Source of the DNA: Phoronis australis
Taxonomy: Eukaryota > Animalia > Phoronida
Direction: 5' to 3'
Length of the DNA stretch: 41,030 nucleotides
Assembly (NCBI GenBank): GCA_002633005.1
Contig: NMRA01000622.1
Location: 202,958-243,987 of the forward strand
The position numbers and the translations under genes are program-made. Position 1 is the first letter of the stretch. Every line of letters starts with the position of its first letter. The notes below the pieces were generated by a model, which was given only the letters and a program-made list of their open reading frames with translations, made no database searches and was not told the DNA's origin. Shown in pieces: positions 31,301 to 41,030 of the stretch.

Positions 31301-33455
31301 GAAGTAAACATGTAATATTCTCAAGATTTTTGGCGAGTAAAATGTAATGAATAATCTTGCGAACGATGAAATAGGGTAGCATAGTATGCATAGGCGTATT
31401 TTGCAAGCCCACACCATTTGCAAGACCACTGAGAATATTAAAAAGATAAATGGAGTGCGCCTACATCTCGAGCATCACTTCCAAGCTTGGTTCTTGAAAA
31501 GACGCATGTGCCTAATTCTGGATATACAAGTAGGCGTTAATACGAATATACATGTACATGTAGGTGCATTGGTCTAAATGCGAGCATACACGGAATAGCA
31601 ATGTTACACACTGGTTACCGGTACTACCATGTGAAGCAGTGTGTTATTGCCACAGCTATGAGTTCAAACATGAAGCTTCCTAGATTTCTAGAACTAAGAT
31701 CAAAGCAAAAATGACGCGTTTCAGACAAATGGTTGTCACGTAATTACAAACAACAGAATTGCTATTTTCTGGTACGTACATGTAGGATCCTACAAATATA
31801 TGTTTCCCACAGGTCGACATTAGCAAATCAACAAGTCATTGGAGGGAACGTTACGTTACATGTACATGAAGTGACCTCACAAACTTTGATCTAAAAGTCT
31901 CCTTCTTGCGGATTTTTTGTTATTCTAGACGTATTGGAAGATTGAGATTTTGCTATTCAATGTTTTAATAACACGAGGAAACAGCATTTGATCACTGGTC
32001 AAACGCAGACACATCAACCGATGTGTAGCCTTTTCGCGCCATGTTGCTTCACCGAGAGAAAGCAGAAATTGAAATCGCTTGTGGACTTCACCAACTAGGT
32101 GGACTAATGCCAACTTTCCGTTGACTGAGTAACGTGATAAACATAGCAAAAAGGTAGGTTCATAACAAACAGTATTAGGAGCACGACAGAATGAATTTCT
32201 TTTTACATAAAAAATTAAATAAGTGAACTTGTAAGAACGCTGTCGCAGTTGTCTAAATCATCTTTTCGTTTTCGTTTATGCCATTTTTAATCAAATTTGT
32301 AAAAAATCCAGTTTCTGCACTAACGATGTTATACAAAAATAACACATTTCCTGAAAATTCTTCAGACAACTATACAAAACCAAATCACCTAAGGGTTCAT
32401 TTGAATCCTATTACCAATTCATCAACGTTTGCCATTTTTGCAAGTTACTTATAGCCTTAACAACATAAAACGATATTCATCAATCGAAACCCGTCATAAA
32501 AAGACCGTCGATCATTTTTTGGAAATTACAAACCTGAATAAATTTGCTTTTTCCGCTTTTTTCCATTTTCACAAAAATGTTTTAAAACTGACAGCCATTT
32601 TGTTGGTGCAGCATTGCCGGAATTAAATTAAGTATGAATGTCTGATTTATTTTTATGCGGTGGCATGTCGAAGGACCATCATTCACCATCTATATTTGAA
32701 CTGAAATAGTTTTTAAGACTCATTTTAGGATGTTTTAATGAATTCAAAGTGAAAGTTTTTTAAAAATTGACACTTACCATCGCAAAAGTTCCAAGTAGAT
32801 TTTCTCAAATCTTGGATGGAATTTACTGTGAAGTAGTGATCTTCCACAGATAACATCGATTTGTAGAGTTCATCTTTGACAGCAGAATTGCCAATACTGA
32901 CTACTGCTAGCTTCACATTGTTAAGTTTGAGAGTCTCAGTCGCACGTTTCATTTCATCCATTGTTGACTTTAGGTACGGTTCGCCTGCAGCAGTCACGAG
33001 TATGGCAACTTCACTCGAAAAATCGTTCTTGAAACTTTTTTGTGCAAAGAGCAGGGCGTGAGGCAAACTTGGTCGGCCAGATCCGCGATAGTAGGTGTCG
33101 TTAATGAACTGTTCAACCTTGCTCTTCATATATGCTTTGCGATTGGTAGGCCCGAAAACTCTTTGGCAGTCCTCGTCTTGAAACTTCCTTGAGCAGACGA
33201 CCAGCCCGAAACGAAAGTTTAGTCTGATTCGACGATCTACCAGAAGTGCGCTGATTGAATTTGATACACTTTGCAGAAGTAAGACGTAGTTGTGCCAGAA
33301 CAACTCCCATTGATTTGTGCAGGAAAGGTTTGTTAAACTTGTTGAAGTGTCCAGTACGAAGGTGACCGCTACACTTCTCCAGCAAGTTAATGGCATGTAG
33401 TGACGGCTTGGATTAACGGTTATCTTATCGGCTTCACAGTAGAGATTTGGTCGTG
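19170..33455 (-). CDS. 5'-partial mosaic extracellular protein (VWA + mucin-like S/T tracts + 5 sushi-like + 3 LDLa), at least 1036 aa: complement(join(19170..19381,22020..22247,23681..23884,25027..25254,25861..26064,28243..28881,29127..29336,30376..30882,32778..33455))
   Basis: Nine exons with GT-AG boundaries. All introns are phase 1 and all internal exon lengths are multiples of 3, giving one open frame that ends at TAG 19170-19172. Start/signal-peptide exon not found. Confidence 0.82.
19634..19987. mobile_element. Decayed fold-back (long-TIR) MITE
   Basis: Inverted similarity, e.g. CTAAAACTTTTT..GTTATGTCTCAAAAACGGTGTTAG vs CTAACGGCGTTTTTGACACATAAC..AAAAAGTTTTAG. Confidence 0.6.
19999..20177. 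repeat. Cluster of CGTAAAATGT(A/G) motifs in direct and inverted orientation (probable transposon subterminal region)
   Basis: About five forward copies followed by inverted ACATTTTAC copies. Confidence 0.6.
20316..20435. mobile_element. Second copy of the CATGGGCGGCGCA-TIR MITE (opposite orientation, internal ~42-bp duplication), 5-bp TSD AACAA
   Basis: AACAA|CATGGGCGGCGCA...TGCGCAGCCCATG|AACAA. Confidence 0.82.
21606..21934. mobile_element. Decayed GC-rich hAT-like MITE fragments
   Basis: CAGGGCCGGATCTAG start, poly-G runs, and ends CTACCGGTCCTAG and TAAATCCGCCGATG; absent from the paralogous intron near 24900-25026; no TSD found. Confidence 0.45.
22020..22247 (-). CDS. Mosaic gene exon: Thr-rich spacer + LDLa module 3
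   Basis: TTGCAG acceptor, GTACGT donor, 228 nt; CPRQFSCENSCLPEFLKCDGVFDCFDLSDELTC (6 Cys, DCxDxSDE). Confidence 0.88.
22561..23103. mobile_element. ~540-bp fold-back MITE
   Basis: Long imperfect inverted repeats: CTAACCCTTGCAAAGTA / TACTTTGTAGGGGTTAG; TGTTCCTCCAACCATATTAGT / ACTAATATGATTGGAGGAACA; absent from the paralogous intron 25255-25860. Confidence 0.75.
23681..23884 (-). CDS. Mosaic gene exon: sushi-like module 4
   Basis: GTACAG acceptor, GTAGGT donor, 204 nt; near-duplicate of 25861-26064. Confidence 0.88.
24152..24341 (-). pseudogene. Decayed pseudo-exon: copy of the 3' part (T/P spacer + LDLa) of exon 28243-28881
   Basis: Nucleotide homology to 28243-28473 (CACATGAAA..GTCACTTAAG..GCAGGCCATCA..CAGTGAACTGGTC..GTTGGCGATGAGGCTGT..GGTGGTGTAGG.CTGGTCAC), with indels and a TAG stop at 24195-24197. 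Confidence 0.85.
25027..25254 (-). CDS. Mosaic gene exon: Thr-rich spacer + LDLa module 2
   Basis: TTTCAG acceptor, GTACGT donor, 228 nt; CPRQFSCENGCLPEFLKCDGVFDCFDLSDELTC. Confidence 0.88.
25861..26064 (-). CDS. Mosaic gene exon: sushi-like module 3
   Basis: GTGCAG acceptor, GTAGGT donor, 204 nt; RRCQQPKPITN..VEYIC..TCNLATDTWSPIFPDGWDFC. Confidence 0.88.
26351..26705 (+). pseudogene. Decayed THAP domain (transposase N-terminus of the ISL2EU-type element)
   Basis: KIRRRAKPYYC*FPWCKSSTGGYKFPKDLRLIYSWTIAVNRVN*LTKSMW..VCS, then a GTAAG donor near 26582 and LETHAMP (LKxxAVP-like) just before the gap. Confidence 0.65.
26706..27347. other. Assembly gap (N run)
   Basis: Run of n. Confidence 1.
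28011..28077 (-). pseudogene. SAP-motif remnant (likely N-terminus of the second, YqaJ-type ORF)
   Basis: LRLLKKGASMRGSKHDLIQR followed by a GTAAGG donor; fits the SAP pattern L..xG..xGxKxxLxxR. Confidence 0.55.
28243..28881 (-). CDS. Mosaic gene exon: S/T tract + canonical sushi/CCP module 2 + T/P tract + LDLa module 1
   Basis: TTCCAG acceptor, GTGGGT donor, 639 nt; C..LP..YKVGEVVTYNCSTGY..ARCGEDRQWHTNFTDC; CPDIFTCDAGCLPPLMACDGVFDCFDLSDEVSC. Confidence 0.88.
29127..29336 (-). CDS. Mosaic gene exon: sushi-like module 1
   Basis: TTGCAG acceptor, GTAGGT donor, 210 nt; PCGRTAIPNA..PDGNILYTYTC..RVCDVKHRLW..LVCG. Confidence 0.78.
30376..30882 (-). CDS. Mosaic gene exon: Ser/Thr/Lys-rich mucin-like tract
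   Basis: 507-nt open exon (alternative in-frame acceptor at 30876), GTATGT donor, strongly T/S-biased. Confidence 0.78.
30968..31350 (-). mobile_element. Helentron-like element fragment (reverse orientation)
   Basis: Starts AACAAGAG (reverse complement of the CTCTTGTT end seen at 10071-10078); contains TTTCAGAAAGATC..GAGATAT-type units; right boundary uncertain. Confidence 0.4.
32778..33455 (-). CDS. Mosaic gene exon: von Willebrand factor A domain
   Basis: TTCCAG acceptor, GTAAGT donor, 678 nt; VTFVLDTSTS (DxSxS), RFGLVV, ALLFAQKSF, VAILVT, VKLAVVSIG..EL..M, YFTVNS. Confidence 0.9.
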
Positions 33456-34497
33456 CTGGAAAAACATGGAGGTATCACATTACTGAGATGAATCAGAGGT
33501 CCCTTCCAAGAAAAGTTCATGATTGAGTCAAACCTGAAGATTTGTCTCAACTTTTAATTTTTGAAGCCTCCACATCCGGTCAAAATTAAGACAAAATTTA
33601 AGTCAACAACTTAAATCAAAGCTCTTTTTCTTGAAATGGATTTGAGTCAAATTTAAAATTTATCTGAAATTTGACTGAAGCCAAAAGCAAGTAAAACGCA
33701 GGACATGAAATGTTAAAGATACTCCAGATGGTGAGATAATTGGTTTAAATCCAACGTAAAGGGTACCACCACCTAAACTAGGCCAGAAAAGTTGAGAACT
33801 GCAAAGAGCATGTAGACCTGAAAAGTCCACATTGTATGAGCCCAGCACACCGCATCACTGGCTGTGACGAGCAAGTAGATGCAAACTTTGTCACAAACTG
33901 AAACCCCTCATCTCTTCCCATAATGCTAACCTGCTCCGTATTAGTACCTGTTTGTGAATAGCCCCCACCAAGTAATAGTCACAATCAAGAATATTGACCC
34001 GTATAGCGAGGCCAGGGTCACTCAATGGAGATGTAGGAGTATGCAGACTAGAGTTGTGGTACATAGCTTTTAGTAAACGAATCTTGTGTCAAATACTGTG
34101 ATGTGAAGTGAGCATTTCGTTACCGTAGTTTATTAATCGTATTCTATTATACTCTGTTTGATTATTGTACCTGAGGAAGATATTTACCCAATGTCGAAAC
34201 GTCATTTTTGCTGCAATCTAGCGCTGACTTTATTTTCAAATATCTCAGCTCAAAAATGTCACACACTAAACTAACATTTTAGTTACGCATTTGCTGCGCA
34301 GTATGGCCTGGAAGTATAGACTGACCTACCAAGTGGTGGTATGTGAACCGTGTGTGAAAAACTGTTGAAAATTTGACTTATAGGATTTTAAAAATCACAC
34401 TAGTCAAAAAAGTAAAAACCACGGATGCCTTATTTAAGACGTTCAACTTCAGTTTCAAAAACATAGTGAAATGTCTTAAAAGAGGACTATCTATAGG

Positions 34498-37360
34498 TAG
34501 TCGGGGGGTCAGATCTCATAGCGTTCATCCTTGTAAGTACTTTGGGGGGGCAACCTAGTTTTTTCTATGTGGCTAGATAATATACCTATAAATCAAATTC
34601 CAAAAAGTTCCCACGTCTACACTTGCACATTTTTTTAAAAAAGGTGTTTTTGTTGCACAAAATATGATGCACATTCCTGCCGCTTGGTAGCGCTTTTCTA
34701 TTGAATTGACCAATCAGAGAGCCAGATTGTATTGTTGTGCGTAGTTACTTCAATATGGCTGCTCCCATGGAGTGTGATGCCTGTATAATTCAAGGTTTAT
34801 CAAACAGCACAAAATTGTGATGTCAGAGACTAAAGAAGCTTAGGAAAGCTTCCTGGAGAAAGCTGATGGACTGTGGAACTCTACAGTATAGATCAGCAGA
34901 TCAAAAAGATGAAGAGGTGTCACAAACGTTTTTGCAGAAAACAGATGGATGTCCTGGTATAGCCTACACAGTATACTCCTGAGTGCTGTAGACTAGAAGA
35001 CCAAGTGTCAGACCAAAAAATTGAAAGGACATAGAACGGCATAGCAACGTTTCAAGGCACCAGCAGAAGTACTAAAGCTGAAGTTGCTGAAAGTGATACA
35101 GATGTTATCCAAGATTTCCCAAGAAAATCAATAATACTTCCAAAATCTGAAACACCTAATTAACCTGAACAAGATAGGAACATTCTGAAACATGAGTGCA
35201 TCATTTATTAGCAGGAAAAGTATATTGTGGACCATATTTCAATAAAGATAAAGAAGTATAGCTTTCAAAAACAGGTACGTGTTTTTGAAAGGTACACCTT
35301 GGTATTTTCCATGTGTGTTTCAGTATTATCACCAGTTGTTTTTTTTTAACTTGTTCAGTCCATTGGCTGCCTAGGCCTTAGACAATACTGCTGACCCAGT
35401 AGAGACGGTGGTCATACCATAGGTACTCCATATGCCGGATGCGTTTCGGCAAATTATGTTCCTATAAGTTTAGAAGTACCGCATAGAGAGATGCCTCTGA
35501 GGAAGTCGTTAATGTTTTCATTTGTTCCCAGTTTAAACAAATACTCTTGTTTTTCGAACACGCCATTGTTCAGTTGCCACCTCGACACTGTTTGTGCTAA
35601 GGGATAATCATATGGCGTTATACTGTGGGTGTGATTTTAAAGCACTTTAAGTCGAAAATTTTTGAGAAGGTTAAATAGAGTAGATGGTTGCAAACCACAT
35701 GCCCAAGTGGCCGTCATCCCCTGCCATAGTCCTGGGATAGGGGGACCTCTTCTCAATTTCTTGTAAACATTAATTACTTAGGTAGCTACAATGATAATTA
35801 AATTAAAGTGCCTAAGTGGTCATCGTCGCCGTCGTAATTTTAGGACAATGCAAGCCACTGTCCATTTCGTCAAAGGTCGATTACCTTAAGTGTAAATCGA
35901 TTGAGCATCTGATTTAAAAAAATAAATTTCAATCACTGCACTGGTATATCAGCTGATTTATTTTCAGTTGCATCAACTAATCTAATTTTTAGACGATCAA
36001 CATTTCTAGGCGACAGATCAGACGGCATGTAAATTTGTTAGGCTGGTGGTGGATCAGTTCCTGATAAGTCCATCTGAAAAAGTTGCATGCCAACTCACTC
36101 ATAGATGAATGTTAAATTAGTGTTAACGGTTCGGGTTTTTTTTCAGTTGGACTTGTATCGCAAGCAACAGCTCAGTCCAGAGCCCTGAATACGCAAATGA
36201 AATTCAAAGATAAAGACCTTGTGTCTTAGAAGCCAAGTACCACAGATCATCATAAAAAATAGAAAGACAACGACTGTGAAGAGTGACGAATCCGCAGTTT
36301 TCATAGATGTTTTCTAGTTTTGTTTGGAGTTCATTGAATCAAAGATGTCATTTGCCTTTCCAAACTAAAGCAAGACTTTGAAGCTGTTCTTCAGAAAGCT
36401 GGTGTGCATGAAGTTATTTGGACACGCAATCTTAAGAAATATTGTTGAAGCTACTCACTATTGTAGTTTGTGCCCGACTAAGATATACAAAAGTGAATTG
36501 AGGCTAGTGTTCAATAATTCACTTGCTGACTCTAATTAACACTGCTCATTATAACATATTTTGAATCAAACGTTTGCCCAAATCCTCCCCGCCTCCAAAC
36601 AAGGACCTTCATTGCCTGCGGGCCAGTCACCAGTGTGCAGTGCTGCACCCTCTCTAATCGACCATAGTTGGCTCCTTGGCGGTGGAGCTTTGCAGTTAAA
36701 ATGTACAGTGTATGGCAATGCCCGCATCTCCATTGACAGTACTAAACGATGAACGCTGCAAGTGCAAAAAGAACATGTGTGCTGGGAAACTGAGTTTGTG
36801 CTGCAATGCTGGGTCAAACTGTACAGAAATGTGCAGCTGTGACAACTAGTAACATCAGCAACACTGACTGCATAACATTGGATAGTTGTTTGACAAGTCA
36901 AGCCTAAATAGACCTCCAACCCCGTAATTTCGTTTTTTTGTATTAAAAAGTTNAATAACTTCCTAGTAACATTCAGACTTAGTTTGCATTTTTGCCACTA
37001 GGTGTCTCTTTACATTTTTTAAATTTCACTGTTTACAATTAATCTACAATAGTAAAACATGTAATGTGAGTGTAATATTGTTCAATACAATGGCACTGAT
37101 GGGATCATATTACTTGTTTTACAAAAAAGTCACCAAAACTGTTGTTTTTACAAATATAAGTTTACTAAGCTTTTTGGTTATTTTTAGGTAACTTCAAACT
37201 CAAATTTCTCAAAAATGTGCAACTTTATATGTGGGAACTTTTTAGATTTTGAAAACACTCTAATAAATGAATTAAAAAAACACCAAAATAAAATTGCCCC
37301 ATTAAAGTTCTCACAAAAACCATTTTTCTAGAGGCCCTACAAATTCTGGCCCACCGACTA
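34498..37360. mobile_element. Academ-type DNA transposon, internally deleted and decayed
   Basis: AGG|TAGTCGGGGGGTCAGA...TCTGGCCCACCGACTA|AGG (TAG..CTA termini, 3-bp TSD); subterminal IR AAAAAGTTCCCAC..TTGCACATTTTT / AAAAATGTGCAA..GTGGGAACTTTTT; frameshifted DKDLV..EAKYHR motif at ~36209-36250. Confidence 0.78.
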
Positions 37361-37363
37361 AGG

Positions 37364-40145
37364 CTTGACTCGTTTTCTGACAAATCCATTCTCTAAACGA
37401 CATCCAAAAAGATTGTACAATATCGGGAGACCAGTACAAATGAAGAACATCCTCTGACTCATTTTTAGAGAAAGCAATCATCGTTTGGTAAAATTCCAGT
37501 CTTGTGAAGATAAGTATTTGAACTTAAAATTCTACGAGTAATTCTGAACTGGAACCACGTTAAAATGATGACAGAAGTAAAACTGAATGAATAACTGCGG
37601 GCTTTTCTCCACCACTCTCTAGTTATTGTGATATTTAGGGCCTGCTCCCACTTTTTTCTATTTTTGAGTGTTTTGTCAAATCAATTAAAGATTCTTTTGT
37701 TTGAATAAGACAGAAGTCCAAGAAAATGGGAAGAGCATGTGCGAGGGAAATCGTGAAAATATAATTTCTCCTAACTTTCACATATTTACAAATAGCTCTC
37801 ATTAGACCCTGCAAATGAGTAAATGGTGGGAAGTAGACGTATTTATTACAAAAAAAAATTGATTTGATGTAAGTTGACCACCATCATCAAATAAGTCATG
37901 TACATAAACACTAACGTTTTCATACCTGTGTCTATGGAAAATACAGTCATTGTATATTCTAATACCTTGATTATACCACAGCAGTTCATACGCATAGCTA
38001 TCAGTTTTAATTTTGTAGCAAAAACTTCTTTCCAAAATGCATTATTTACATTTCTTGAACAAAAAGTATTTAAATTGTATTTACCAAAATGTTAGTAATT
38101 ACATTGCTCTAATTCCCTTCTGTTGGTCCAAAATGTGTTTCAAGAAATCATCATTTGAAAGATCAATCATGTTGCAGCCACCTGCAGGAAATTATTGTGT
38201 CGTTGTAGTTCGGCTTTTTTGTCATTTTTGCCATTCAATATAATTCTAAAGAACATCCGTTAAGTAGAAGCCGATGGTAAAGTGAGGAACAAGTGCACTA
38301 ACTTGGGGACTATAAATGATTTGACAATTTTACCAAGTGTAGTCAAAAGTCGCTTGGAAGATGCTAATAAATCATTTCTAATTTCAAAAAAATACCAAAA
38401 TTCGAACTGACCACCTTTGGAAGATTAACACTAAAAAGAATACCTAGAAAGGTAAAATGAGATCTTGGCCACGAAAGCCGACTTTCTTGACATACCTGGG
38501 TATTATCAAATCTCCTAGCCCAATCCGTATGCAATGTTTTTTCTCTATTTGGTTTTATACCAGCAACATTTCTGAAATTGGTCGAAAAGATTGAGGGAGC
38601 ATTCGAGGTATCTTGTGGACTCGTCAAGAGTCAGTATGATGCCGTCCGCGTTTTGCAAAATATTAGATTTTTTTTCTCCAGTTGATATCCCTTTTATATT
38701 TCCATTTTGTCGAAACAATAACCATGATTTCTAAGCATACAATGAACAAGTACGGTGACCGTGGGTTTCCCTGGCGACACAATGATCCAATTTTGAAATA
38801 ATCTAACGTTATACCACGTTGAATTACTCATAAATGCTAACCAGTGTTTAATGAACGAAAATAATCAATGAATTGGCTACCAAAATTAAACAAAAAGATT
38901 AAAGTTTTGTAAATAAAGCTCCATGATATAGAATCGAACGCTTCTTCAAAATCGAGGAATACTGAAAGACCTGGAATATTTTTTCTTGTGTAAAATGCAT
39001 TAAGCCATAAACTTTTTCGTGTTTTCACTTGTAAAATAGCCACTCATAAACCCTTTCAGATTTTTATTAATTGATTTATCCAAAACAGACTTGATGCGTT
39101 TTCCAACACAACCCGAAAAAATTACAAGGGATGTAAGTTACGGTTAGATAGCTCTCCAATTACTCCAAATTTCCTGGGTTTATTTCCTCTAGGAATAATT
39201 GGAGTATCGTGACAAAACATTTGAAAAACTCAGCAGTAAAGCCATCTACAACAGATAGCGCTTCATGCAGTAGAATTTCACACTCATGTTTTGAGCTCGC
39301 TTCTTCATTCAATATAGAAAAAATTTAGAGGTTCATTAATGCCGGCAAATCAGCCTCGCTAAATAAATTATCATTACTCGAATAAAGGTTAACATGTGAA
39401 AATCACGTATTTCAGTCAAAAGTTTTGGCTGATCTTCAGTAGTCTGTTTATTTGAATCAACTGATTTCAAAATATTTTTATTCAAATAATTACGTTTTTC
39501 CAGGTTTACAAAATATTTCTTTGGTTTCTCACCATGTTCAATCCATCTTGCACGGGCTCTGACTAAATGGCCTTTCATAAATACACCTCGAATAGTCTCC
39601 AATTCCGCTGACAATTCTTCTAAAATCTCATGAAAAACGCGCGAGTCACTATAGTGGGTCAACACATACAAAACGTCAATTTGTTTAATCTGCAAACTAA
39701 TCATGCGTCACTCATCCTACTTTCCTTTTCTCCCAAATGTCGATCGAATTTTAGGTAGCATTGTTTCAAAAAACGATGAGGCATCAATCCTCAACTGAAG
39801 CTTATTATTTAGAATATTGAAAATGGCTTTCTTATCATAGGGAAATGCTGCATATTATGTATTAACAATATTTATTTCGTTTTTAAATAAACCAACACAA
39901 AGTTAAAATGCCAAAGATCCGGTCTACTCGAAAAATTAGTCACCCGAAAAACAAATGATACGCTTGAATGGTCAGTTCTATTTCCAGGCTCTATAATAGA
40001 ATGTTTCATGAGATTACTCATTTCCTCAGAGACAACAAAAATCTAGTCTAGTTTTTTGACTAGATTGATCTTTATCCATGTCCGGAAAATCCTTTGACCT
40101 TTGGGTCTGTGTACTTCAATTCTGTTCAGAGATTAAGTGTCTATG
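37364..40145 (-). mobile_element. Decayed L1/Tx1-clade non-LTR retrotransposon ORF2
   Basis: Remnants in the expected order: endonuclease end (TW..LD, TDHSS ~39970), RARARWIEHGEKPKKYFVNLEK (~39530), LDFEEAFDSISW (~38945), RQGNP (~38770), FTFLGI (~38450), LWYN (~37975), WFQFRITRRIL (~37540), HLYW..VQSFW (~37420); many stops and frameshifts. Confidence 0.92.
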
Positions 40146-40423
40146 TACTGCTAGTTAGCCGGCGCTGGATGCAATATTTCTCGACACTCGCCATGCGTAT
40201 GAGGTCACCCTGACGTCACAGAACAGGAAAGTATTCCCCAAAAACATGGCTGCCAGTATTTGCTGATCGTCATTGTGACATTTATAGTAACAATAGGCGG
40301 CAATAGTACATAATGTCAAGTTATTTCGGAATATTTATCGCACTAAAACAATGGATTGTAGATTTCAATAAATATAATAATAAATGTTAAAATTATCCAT
40401 CGTTTTCGTCGATGTTTCCTTGA

Positions 40424-40520
40424 GGCCGTCTTTTTTCTGTCTTAGCCGTTCCGTCCATGCCGTCATTTTTTAAAATGGCCGTCCTAATGACGGCCAGGAC
40501 GGCCGCTAGATGAGTCCTTA
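40424..40520. repeat. Cluster of GCCGTC/GACGGC motifs, probable hAT-like subterminal fragment
   Basis: Several direct and inverted GCCGTC copies within ~100 bp. Confidence 0.35.
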
Positions 40521-41030
40521 GCCACTGTTAGCAGGTGGGTTATACTGAAGGAGCTCAAAAAAACTCGTCCGCCATAGGTGGGAGCGAAACCGGAAGCCAA
40601 TCAAAGCAGTGTTACATGCAACCACCAGACCCATTTCATCTCATGTCAGTGCCAATCTTTTACGCCAAATATCAGTTGTTGCATTGGCACAGGGGAAATT
40701 TTAGCTGTGACAATACCCACACAATAAGTATTTTCCTGGGTTCTAGAGTAGGCCTACCCCAGTGAAATATGCCAAATACTCGCCATCCGAGACAGGCTTA
40801 AAAGGTAAAACACGGATGCGTTCTGTAGACCCAAGAATCTCGCGAAAACGAAGAGTCACCCAGATCCTCGCAAGACAAATATATGGATTACAAGCGAACC
40901 ACATGATCACGCTAGCCCGGCTTTTTCGTGATTGCCTTGACATATACATGTAGGCAGGAAGAGATAACCAGGAAGGGACAACTAGCTAAACCGCCGTTTT
41001 TGGCCTCCTTCCCCGGACTAATTTCAGAAC

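Noticed and set aside
33773-33832. Signal-peptide first exon of the mosaic gene
   Set aside because: In-frame stop and no phase-1 donor; not supportable as a feature.
40535-40953. Short ORFs at the right edge
   Set aside because: No recognisable motifs or compatible splice sites.

Overview
AT-rich eukaryotic (animal, probably invertebrate) genomic DNA with two scaffold gaps (13495-13779, 26706-27347). It holds two convergent spliced genes. On + is a complete 8-exon betaine-homocysteine S-methyltransferase (BHMT)-family gene (5098-18450, about 371 aa). It keeps the Zn/Hcy machinery, but several residues around the methyl-donor pocket differ from human BHMT and the C-terminal tail is missing. 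On - is a 5'-incomplete mosaic extracellular protein gene (at least 9 phase-1 exons, 33455->19170, at least 1036 aa): VWA, Ser/Thr mucin-like spacers, five sushi-like modules and three LDLa modules. It grew by an internal tandem duplication that left a pseudo-exon. Introns and flanks contain many mobile elements: a young Kolobok with a THAP remnant, an ISL2EU-type element with THAP and SAP remnants, an Academ next to a decayed Tx1/L1 LINE, a Helentron-type element carrying an array of CTCF-like motifs, 5-bp-TSD MITEs and fold-back MITEs. An unexplained ~142-bp block-conserved repeat array lies at the left edge. All calls were made by eye, and comparisons to human BHMT and TE families rely on recalled knowledge, not searches.
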